NCBI GenBank assembly: GCA_964514965.1
Contig: CAZETV010000001.1
Location: 540,001-572,000 of the forward strand
DNA length: 32,000 bases
Reading direction: 5' to 3'
Source: Candidatus Hadarchaeota archaeon
Lineage (GTDB): Archaea; Hadarchaeota; Hadarchaeia; Hadarchaeales; Hadarchaeaceae
Part shown: piece by piece, positions 24,899 to 32,000 of the stretch
Layout of the letters: each line of letters starts with the position of its first letter
Position numbering within the stretch: the stretch's first letter is position 1
The notes under the pieces: generated by a model
Told to the model about the DNA's origin: nothing
The model's database searches: none
The model's input: the letters and a program-made list of their open reading frames with translations, nothing else
Translations under genes and position numbers: made by a program

Positions 24899-25714
24899 CT
24901 ACCACCCACATGCTACTCTTACAATATCTGAACGACTCACAATTCCCACGAGGTTGCCCTCATCGACGACTGGGAGCCTTCCAACGTTGCGTTTGAGCAT
25001 GACTTCGATGGCTTCGGTGAGAGGCACCTTGGGAGAAACGGTTATCGCGGGAGTGCGCATGAGATTTCGCACCTTGGTAGATGGACGCCCACCCTTTGCC
25101 GATTCCTCTGCCAATCGAATTTCTCCTGAGCGAATTATGTCCGAGCGGGTTACCATGCCGACTACCTCGAGCTTGTGTTTTTGCTTGTCGTAGCGTGTTA
25201 CCGGCACACCCGAATAGCGATTTTGTTCCATGATGCCCCAGACGCGAGATATCTCGTCATCTCGTTCGCAAATTACAACCTTCTTGACCATGACGTCCCC
25301 GACCGTAAGCTTCGACTTCATCCTCTCCACAATTTTGAGGATGTCATCCAGCTTGATGAGTCCGATCACAGTTTTATCGCTGTAGCTCTGAACCACCGGC
25401 ACATTTGATATCCCAAGCCGGACCATGTCTTTTGCAATCTTAGCTAAATCGCTTGCGGGGGTTGCGATGAGTTGTGAAGGGAACATGAGACCTGCGACGG
25501 GGATGTTGGAGCGGGTTGAGGTAATGCGAATGATTTGTTGGGCAGTGATGATTCCCTCGAGCCTCCCCCCATCGATGACGGGAAGGGCTCGAAAGCCGCT
25601 CGAGCGCATGACTGCCCGAGCTCTGGTGATTAGGTCCCGTGAGCTAACAAAAATGAGGCAGGGCTGCATCACATCGCTGATGCTGACCCGCATGAGCAGG
25701 CCCCGGCATGCCAT
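24899..25714 (-). CDS. CBS-domain protein (four CBS repeats)
   Basis: 271 aa; VSDVMQPCLIFVS, MVRLGISNVPVV, IMEQNRYSGVPV, MLKRNVGRLPVVDEGNLVGIVSRSD. Confidence 0.9.
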   Translation of the reverse strand: MACRGLLMRVSISDVMQPCLIFVSSRDLITRARAVMRSSGFRALPVIDGGRLEGIITAQQIIRITSTRSNIPVAGLMFPSQLIATPASDLAKIAKDMVRLGISNVPVVQSYSDKTVIGLIKLDDILKIVERMKSKLTVGDVMVKKVVICERDDEISRVWGIMEQNRYSGVPVTRYDKQKHKLEVVGMVTRSDIIRSGEIRLAEESAKGGRPSTKVRNLMRTPAITVSPKVPLTEAIEVMLKRNVGRLPVVDEGNLVGIVSRSDIVRVACGW

Positions 25715-25722
25715 TCCACCAT

Positions 25723-26271
25723 CTACCCGCCCACAGTGTCGCGGCAGTTCTCACAAACCCACATACCGTTTACTTCGGAGAGGGCAGTTGTAACCTCGCC
25801 GCAGACCTCGCATACGCTCTGCCCGACCTCCTCGCGCTCGAACATCTCTGAGTGCGAGACTAATTCAGTGAGTTCGGGAGAAATCGCGGTGATGTCACTT
25901 GCGGTGAGGATACCTATGAGGATTCCTTTTTCGACCACTGGCAAACGTCTAATCTTGCTGTGGGCCATCATTCGCGCGGCATCGGTTATGTCTATGTTGG
26001 GGCTAATCGTCATTATTGGACTCGACATGATCTTGCCGATCTTGACTTTGCTAGGTTTCAAATCCAAACTCACAACTTTCATCAACAGATCCCGTTCGGT
26101 CAAAATTCCTACTGGCTTCTTTTTCTTCACAATAATTATACTTCCCACTCCGCGCTCGGCCATGAGTTTCGCTGCCCGGTTGACAGTAGTGTTTGGGCCT
26201 GCAGTGAGAACCTTGTCAGCCATCGCGTCTCTGACTGAAGCAACACGCTTCACGGATTCACCGTTCTTCAA
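25723..26271 (-). CDS. CBS-domain protein (two CBS) with C-terminal zinc ribbon
   Basis: 182 aa; GVGSIIIVKKKKPVGILTERDLL, KIRRLPVVEKGILIGILTASDI, then VCEVCGEVTTALSEVNGMWVCENCRD. Confidence 0.9.
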   Translation of the reverse strand: MKNGESVKRVASVRDAMADKVLTAGPNTTVNRAAKLMAERGVGSIIIVKKKKPVGILTERDLLMKVVSLDLKPSKVKIGKIMSSPIMTISPNIDITDAARMMAHSKIRRLPVVEKGILIGILTASDITAISPELTELVSHSEMFEREEVGQSVCEVCGEVTTALSEVNGMWVCENCRDTVGG

Positions 26272-26323
26272 TATGGATTATGGTATTTAAAAACTTACAA
26301 TACTAAACTTCAACGGGTTTAAC

Positions 26324-27031
26324 TTGGTCGAAGAGTGGAAGCGTGCAGCGGCCGAGGCGGCGGCGAAGCTTGTAAAGGGACACATGTTCGTTGGCCTAGG
26401 CTCGGGCACGACGGTCGCGCTGGTTGTTCGGGCCCTAGCGAAGTTGAGGCCCAAGGCGGTCTTCATCCCGAGTTCCTTCTCCACCCAGAGGCTTGCGAAC
26501 GAGTTGGGATTAAAACTAAGTTCACTCGATGTCCACGAAAAACTCGATCTAATGATTGATGGAGCCGATGAAGTCGACCCGAATTTCAACCTGATCAAAG
26601 GAGGAGGTGGAGCTCACACCCGCGAGAAAATCGTTGCGAGCGCGGGACAAAAAGTTGTCATCGTTGCGGACCGGACAAAATTGGTCAGACGCTTGGGTGA
26701 GCGCATGTCCGTGCCGGTCGAGGTTTTGCCCTTCTCGCGCGAGTACACGATGAAACATCTGGCGAAGCTCGGCGGAGAACCTAAGCTGAGGATGACTCCG
26801 GCTGGAACACCTTTTGTGACCGATAACGGCAACTACATCGTGGACGTGAAGTTCGCGCGGATAGCTAAACCAGCTCAGCTCGAGGCGGCGATCAATCGCG
26901 TGCCGGGTGTTGTTGAAAACGGGATTTTTGTGGACGTCGCAGACCTGGTGCTAGTTGGATATGAAAGAGGCTGCGCAAAACTGCGATCGAAGAAAGATTT
27001 TCTGAAGTTTGTGCAAAGCGTCAAAGCTTAA
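26324..27031 (+). CDS. rpiA: Ribose-5-phosphate isomerase A (TTG start)
   Basis: 235 aa; VGLGSGTTVALVVRAL, DLMIDGADEVDPNFNLIKGGGGAHTREKIVA. Confidence 0.95.
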   Translation: MVEEWKRAAAEAAAKLVKGHMFVGLGSGTTVALVVRALAKLRPKAVFIPSSFSTQRLANELGLKLSSLDVHEKLDLMIDGADEVDPNFNLIKGGGGAHTREKIVASAGQKVVIVADRTKLVRRLGERMSVPVEVLPFSREYTMKHLAKLGGEPKLRMTPAGTPFVTDNGNYIVDVKFARIAKPAQLEAAINRVPGVVENGIFVDVADLVLVGYERGCAKLRSKKDFLKFVQSVKA

Positions 27032-27056
27032 GAATTTGAGACATGAATTGATTAGT

Positions 27057-27175
27057 GCCGGAGTAGCTCAAGCGGTCCGAGCGCGAGACTCATAACCTTA
27101 CTAGCGGTTGTGAGTGCTGATTTACGAGATGATGTGAGAAATCTCGAGGTCGGGGTTCGACTCCCCGCTCCGGCA
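27057..27175 (+). tRNA. tRNA-Met(CAT), likely elongator, with 46-nt canonical-position intron (27095-27140)
   Basis: Acceptor GCCGGAG/CTCCGGC-A; D-stem GCTC/GAGC; anticodon stem CGAGA/TCTCG, loop CTCATA|A; T-arm CGGGG-TTCGACT-CCCCG. Spliced length 73 nt. Confidence 0.88.
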
Positions 27176-27267
27176 TCAATCCAGTAAAAACTTTCAGACC
27201 TCCATCAAGGATTGACGGCACTAAATAATTTATATAGGGTTGGCTCCAAGTTTGCGGAGGTGATAGT

Positions 27268-27945
27268 TTGCTGAAAACACCAATCGTAATCGTGAACTTC
27301 AAAACCTACCCTCAATCGGTGGGCGAGCGAGCTGTGGAACTTGCCAAGGCAATCGCCGAGGTGGCCGAGGAGGAGGGGATAAGCGTCGCGGTTGCCCCTC
27401 AGAACCTCGATCTTTATCGGGTCGCGAGTCAGGTCGACATACCAGTTCTCGCGCAGCACGTTGACTCCATTGCCCCGGGTGCCCGCACGGGATGGTTGCT
27501 AGCAGAGACGGTGAAGGCGACAGGGGCTATTGGCTCGTTGATCAATCACTCGGAGCACCAGATTCAGTCCGAGGAAATCGAGAAGGTGGTAAAGCGTCTG
27601 CGAGAAGTAGAGTTAACGAGCGTGGTTTGTGCGAAGGACCCGGAGGTCTGTAAGAAGGTCGCGGCATTCAAACCAGATATGGTCGCGGTCGAGCCTCCAG
27701 AACTGATAGGGACAGGTCAACCGGTGTCAAAAGTCAAGCCCGAGGTAGTGAGCGACGCGGTAAAATTAGTACACGAGGTCAACCCTGATGTCCGAGTGCT
27801 CTGCGGAGCGGGGATAACAAGCGGCGAAGACACGCAAATCGCGCTGGAGCTGGGTGCCGAGGGCGTGCTACTTGCCTCGAGCGTTGTGAAGGCTGCCGAC
27901 CCACGAGCGGCGATGTTGGACGTCGCGAAGGGAATAACTAAGTGA
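27268..27945 (+). CDS. tpiA: Triosephosphate isomerase (TTG start)
   Basis: 225 aa; VNFKTYPQSVG, GSLINHSEHQI, VAVEPPELIGTG, VLCGAGI. GGAGGTGAT SD-like sequence upstream, TATA-like tttatata at about 27227. Confidence 0.95.
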   Translation: MLKTPIVIVNFKTYPQSVGERAVELAKAIAEVAEEEGISVAVAPQNLDLYRVASQVDIPVLAQHVDSIAPGARTGWLLAETVKATGAIGSLINHSEHQIQSEEIEKVVKRLREVELTSVVCAKDPEVCKKVAAFKPDMVAVEPPELIGTGQPVSKVKPEVVSDAVKLVHEVNPDVRVLCGAGITSGEDTQIALELGAEGVLLASSVVKAADPRAAMLDVAKGITK

Positions 27946-28038
27946 AACGAAATTAGGTAGTAGCGTGAGGGCGTTCTCGCAAACAAAGATAATTTTCTTC
28001 TCTACAGCATTTGCGTTCGTGACTTTAGAATTGGAAAA

Positions 28039-28665
28039 TCAGCTCTTCCCCGCCAATACTTTGAGAACATCGACGGGCTTTCCTTTGAGCTTCGTTTCTA
28101 GCTCCAACAGAAATCGGTCAGCGGGATCCCCCCCGAGTTGCCAGAGGTCGACGTAGATTTGAGCAAGCGTAGCCGCACCGTTCTTGTTCGTCTGCGCTAA
28201 ATGTGGGTCCGGACTCAACACAAAAACGTTTTTTCGTTCAGCGGGACTTTCTGGGAACCTTCGTCGCACCTCATCGGGATTGGCGTAAACGAATATCTCT
28301 TCGTAATGGGTTGGGGTTCCCCTAAATCTCCGCCGGTAGCCGGAAAATGCCGTGAAGACAGCACCGCGGGGCATCCCATCCTCGATCTTGGAAACCGAAT
28401 TGGGTGAGTAAGTCGAGTAGGAGATATCGCCGGCAAGGTTGCGAGTGCAGGCCCAGTAGGTGAGAACCTTCTCCGGATTCACCACTCTGAACCCGAGGGG
28501 CTTCTTCTTGATCGTGTGGAACTGGTTGAGCTTGGTCACCACGCGGTTCACTGTATCCATTGACAGCTCACACGCCTGCGCAAGCGATTTCTGACTCATA
28601 AAGAGCTCATTCTGCTCATAGACTCGGTAAAGAATCTCTCGCAGAACACGATTAATTTTCTTCAC
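28039..28665 (-). CDS. HTH-containing protein with AbiEi-like C-terminal region; start likely GTG at 28665 rather than 28782
   Basis: HTH MSQKSLAQACELSMDTVNRVVTKL; C-term NVFVLSPDPHLAQ...AQIYVDLWQLGGDPADRFLLELETKL. A TATA-like element lies about 20 nt upstream of the GTG, compatible with a leaderless start. Confidence 0.65.
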   Translation of the reverse strand: MKKINRVLREILYRVYEQNELFMSQKSLAQACELSMDTVNRVVTKLNQFHTIKKKPLGFRVVNPEKVLTYWACTRNLAGDISYSTYSPNSVSKIEDGMPRGAVFTAFSGYRRRFRGTPTHYEEIFVYANPDEVRRRFPESPAERKNVFVLSPDPHLAQTNKNGAATLAQIYVDLWQLGGDPADRFLLELETKLKGKPVDVLKVLAGKS

Positions 28666-28838
28666 GTATCTACCGATGTATAACCCTCTTATTAACGTAA
28701 CGAATACCCAACAAACGCTGAACTTTCTTATCAATGTTTCGTGGAAAACCGATATATTTATATCTAAAAATTTCATAATCATAGTAGTAGCAAAATTAGC
28801 AAAGCTATTTATGCACGTTTTTCAAGAAAACTATCCGT

Positions 28839-29564
28839 ATGAAGTGTCCTCGATGTGGATATGAGTGGGAGTCGAAGATCCCAAAACCAAAGGAATGCCC
28901 GCGGTGTAAAGGGAGATTGGATTATCAATACGCGGGGGCACCCAGAATTAAAATGGAAAAAAAGGAGGTGAGAAAAGAGATGACCAGTAAACTTCCTTGG
29001 GTAGCAGCAGCAACCATCATAGTGATAGTAGTAGGACTAGGGGCATGGACGCTTTTGGGACAAGCACCCGCAGGAACCGCCACCATAACGGGAATTGCAG
29101 GAACAGGAACTGTCTTCGCTGCCAGTATACCACTCGACACCGCCTCGGGAATAGAGAACGTGTACATAATACAGCATGGCAACTACAATGAAAATGACAA
29201 CTTATGCGGGAATGAGAATATTCTTGGTGTCATCACAGCCACTTTGGGATCTGTGAACATCGCTTATGAGACGTCCTTCGACATCGTCGTCGCCGTAAAA
29301 TCGGGATCTGACAACATGGCCTACGTCACGATAGACAACATGAAAGTGGGATTAGCTATCACCGGATCGTTTACCCAAACTGACGAAAACGCTCCCGGTA
29401 CCTATTCTCACATGGCCCCAGTACCGTACGAAAACAGCAACTACGGCACGACTTCTGGCTGGCTCCGCATAAACGCAGTGTGGGACAACAATAACAACGG
29501 TTACAAGCTACCAGCCAACGGGACTCTTACCCTAGAAAACATAAACCTGTGGGGCTGGAAGTAG
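28839..29564 (+). CDS. Zinc-ribbon protein with one TM segment and exported C-terminal domain
   Basis: 241 aa; MKCPRCGYEW...CPRCKGRLDY, hydrophobic WVAAATIIVIVVGLGAWTLLG, then polar Asn/Thr/Gly-rich domain. TATA-like atatatttatatc upstream. Confidence 0.75.
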   Translation: MKCPRCGYEWESKIPKPKECPRCKGRLDYQYAGAPRIKMEKKEVRKEMTSKLPWVAAATIIVIVVGLGAWTLLGQAPAGTATITGIAGTGTVFAASIPLDTASGIENVYIIQHGNYNENDNLCGNENILGVITATLGSVNIAYETSFDIVVAVKSGSDNMAYVTIDNMKVGLAITGSFTQTDENAPGTYSHMAPVPYENSNYGTTSGWLRINAVWDNNNNGYKLPANGTLTLENINLWGWK

Positions 29565-29703
29565 AGACCTAGCTCCTAAGCCCCTTTTTTTATTTTTTCT
29601 GATTTAGCGCTAGCTATAGATCAAACACGAAAAGAAAGATCCCGATGCGAAGTAAATAACTTATATCTCTCGAGTAATTACCTACTTAGTTGAAAGGTGA
29701 AAC

Positions 29704-30189
29704 GTGATGGACAAGAAGACGACGACAATCTTCGCGCTTCTCGTTCTGGTTACGGTCACTGGAGTCGGGTGGCTCAGCTCTGAGTTGAGGTCTGAACGAG
29801 CGCGTCCTCTCCCCGGAGGGATAGAGAATTGGACCGAGCTATTTCATGGATATGAGGCCTACCTCGATCAAAACATCTATTACTCCACCGTTAGCGGAAC
29901 CAGCATGGAGCCAACTTTCGGGGAAAACGACAAGGTCCTCTGGGTAGAAGTCGACCCGTCAGAGCTCAAAGTTGGCGATATTATTGTTTATGATCACCCG
30001 ACTAAACCAGCGGAGGGAACCATCGTTCACAGGATAATCAAAATAATGAAAAATGGAGAATATCGATTTGAAACCAAAGGAGACAATCGATCGGAATCGG
30101 ACGCGGAAACTGCCATCAGCGCTTATTATGTATCGGAGAACGACCTCAAGGGCCTCGTGATCGGCGTGATATACTCCTATAACCCTTAG
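29704..30189 (+). CDS. Signal peptidase I-like protein
   Basis: 161 aa; VSGTSMEPTF, LKVGDIIVYDHP, IVHRIIKI, ETKGDNRSESD. Confidence 0.85.
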   Translation: MMDKKTTTIFALLVLVTVTGVGWLSSELRSERARPLPGGIENWTELFHGYEAYLDQNIYYSTVSGTSMEPTFGENDKVLWVEVDPSELKVGDIIVYDHPTKPAEGTIVHRIIKIMKNGEYRFETKGDNRSESDAETAISAYYVSENDLKGLVIGVIYSYNP

Positions 30190-30752
30190 AATCACGGATT
30201 ATCAGTGCAAACACGCGCGATATCCGTGAAATCTGCACAAAGGATAACTGCCCTTCTCAATCTTATTCTGTAACTTGTAATAACGCCAAACCTTTCTTTA
30301 ACCCAATCCATTTTACACACTCACTCTTCCCAACCGGCTCAATTCACCATTTGCGCTTATGCAGGGCCGCTATCTTCTCTTCGCCTTTGTGCCCCATTAT
30401 CGATTCAGTACCAAAGAGGGAGATAATCTACAGAAAACAAACAGGCCCACCTGCTAGAGAACTCGACCTAACTTTCGTCGCCTCTAATAGCTGATGTCGT
30501 TCTTTGATTATTTTCGTTTATTGTTGGATAAGTCCATTTTTTTATATATCTCGAAAAAATCCGAAATCGGTTTAGTCTAAACAATTTTGCAAGTTATTTT
30601 TAAAGGTTTCGATAAAAGCCGTAACGGCTAGATTATATTTCCAACCTTAAATATGCCAAAAATTACATTAAAAGTGCTGTAAAATGGCCTAAAAATAGGT
30701 AAAAAAAGTGGCATGTAAAAAAAGATAATAATCATGAAAAAATGTCAAAAAG

Positions 30753-31118
30753 TTGAAAAAAATGGTAAAAAAGGATACAAAAAATTTGCGGCGACCTCCC
30801 AAGGAAATGCCTATCCAAACCGTAGGGAGGGTGCTCCTTTCCAATGGTAAGGTCAGCCAGACTGACCTATACCTAGCCACGGGATTCCCTTCTTGGAAAA
30901 TTTCGCGGTTATCAAGGCGATTGGAGATTTTGGGATTCATCGATGTCGAGAATGAGCCTCGTTTCACCCGGGGCCGCCCCAGAAAGTTCTGCAGGCTCAC
31001 ATCGAGCGGAATCGAGTACTTCACAGACATGCTGAGGAAGGCCGGTAACGGGGGAAATGCTGGAAATCACGACCCCATACAATCCGTCGCTAAGGAGGAT
31101 GAGCTCTGTGGACAGTAA
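30753..31118 (+). CDS. Winged helix-turn-helix regulator
   Basis: 121 aa; VGRVLLSNGKVSQTDLYLATGFPSWKISRLSRRLEILGFIDVENEPRFTRGRPRKFCRLTSSG. Confidence 0.75.
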   Translation: MKKMVKKDTKNLRRPPKEMPIQTVGRVLLSNGKVSQTDLYLATGFPSWKISRLSRRLEILGFIDVENEPRFTRGRPRKFCRLTSSGIEYFTDMLRKAGNGGNAGNHDPIQSVAKEDELCGQ

Positions 31119-32000
31119 GCGAGGGACTGGACGAAGCCGATTAGGGCAGAGGGTTGGCTCGTTAGCTATGCCTGTTCTACTCGTGCTGTTCTTGCTCAAC
31201 GCACCCGCAGCGGCCGCGATTGCCAGCACGCAAGACGCTGGATCTCAACCTGCAGAAAATCAACCAACGGACAACCAAATATCTGATAATTATTCCCTCA
31301 TTGAGACTTGGACTGGGGACGTTCAAACCTTAGCTGCGTGGCAACTCGTCGAGACGTGGACTGGGGTCATGTCCAAAAATCAATCTCCCGATAACCAGAC
31401 GACCGAGAACCAAATCGTGCCTGAAAATCAGAGCATCGATAATCAAGTTGCCATTGGGGTAACGTTAGATAGACAACTATCCGGAGATCGGGTCGGTCAG
31501 CACAAGACGCCACCGCTCTCCTCCGTGAACGTGACTATCACCGCGACCGTTTCAAGTCAGGTGGAAAACGCGGTTCTGGTTGATTATTTCCCGAGCGATT
31601 GGACCGTGACCGACGCGAATGGAGGGACAGTCAACCTCAACACGATAGAGTGGAGCGTTGGCTCGGTCAGCGATTCCGTTTCTAGATCATATGTGATCAT
31701 GTCCCCACAACTAACGTCACCACCGACTAAGTATTACTTCCACTCCGAGCTGGCCTACCAAGGAGAGAGCGGGGTCAGCGATGACTGGCGGGTTATTGTT
31801 GCAGATCCTCCAGATATTGAAACAATAAGGCCAACGGATGCTTTTATTTCTCCAAATAAGTGGACTACACCAGCAAATGGCTATGATGGCAATACTGGAA
31901 CCAGCACTTTTTACTCCGACATAAACAAAACTCCCTCTATTTCTTTTGGTGGCGCCTCAGCCGGAGAGACTACGAATGCTTGGCAAACCAAGTCCCAAAC
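31108..32000 (+). CDS. Secreted/surface protein with NQ-rich low-complexity segment (3' end outside the window)
   Basis: Not in the ORF track because it runs off the edge. GTG at 31108 about 9 nt after AAGGAGG; open to 32000. Signal-like VGSLAMPVLLVLFLLNAPAAAAIA, ENQPTDNQISDN, NQSPDNQTTENQIVPENQSIDNQ, then a beta-rich domain. Confidence 0.75.
   Translation, partial: MDSKRGTGRSRLGQRVGSLAMPVLLVLFLLNAPAAAAIASTQDAGSQPAENQPTDNQISDNYSLIETWTGDVQTLAAWQLVETWTGVMSKNQSPDNQTTENQIVPENQSIDNQVAIGVTLDRQLSGDRVGQHKTPPLSSVNVTITATVSSQVENAVLVDYFPSDWTVTDANGGTVNLNTIEWSVGSVSDSVSRSYVIMSPQLTSPPTKYYFHSELAYQGESGVSDDWRVIVADPPDIETIRPTDAFISPNKWTTPANGYDGNTGTSTFYSDINKTPSISFGGASAGETTNAWQTKSQ

Noticed and set aside
1-32000. 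CRISPR array or cas genes
   Set aside because: No regularly spaced repeat series longer than two copies and no Cas-like proteins were seen on either strand.

Overview
The window is archaeal in character: split or intron-containing tRNAs, leaderless-looking starts, Mre11/Rad50, CBS arrays and TATA-like boxes. Positions 1-17.5 kb look like a dense accessory or defence island. It holds (i) a single-polypeptide Argonaute-family protein with an N-terminal PD-(D/E)XK-like domain, an APAZ-like region and a MID-PIWI domain with apparently dead catalytic positions; (ii) a transglutaminase-like membrane protein, a PrsW-like protease and a PUA/ASCH-like protein; (iii) a long minus-strand gene train encoding an uncharacterised Cys/His-containing protein, an Mre11-like nuclease, a Rad50-like ATPase, a 64-aa protein, a protein with an HEPN-type R-x4-H motif overlapping a rhomboid-like protease, a small wHTH, and an Eco57I-like nuclease-methyltransferase plus a second adenine methyltransferase. 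A 3'-only tRNA fragment with CCA at 17.47 kb sits at the right edge of this region and looks like an integration scar. The right half (17.5-32 kb) looks more like ordinary chromosome: an ABC exporter with a regulator, 4-OT, MFS, DUF169, a tRNA-Gly(CCC) that appears to carry two insertions, four tandem CBS-domain genes, rpiA, an intron-containing tRNA-Met, tpiA, signal peptidase, and a secreted repeat protein running off the end. All family assignments come from reading motifs by eye, with no database searches.
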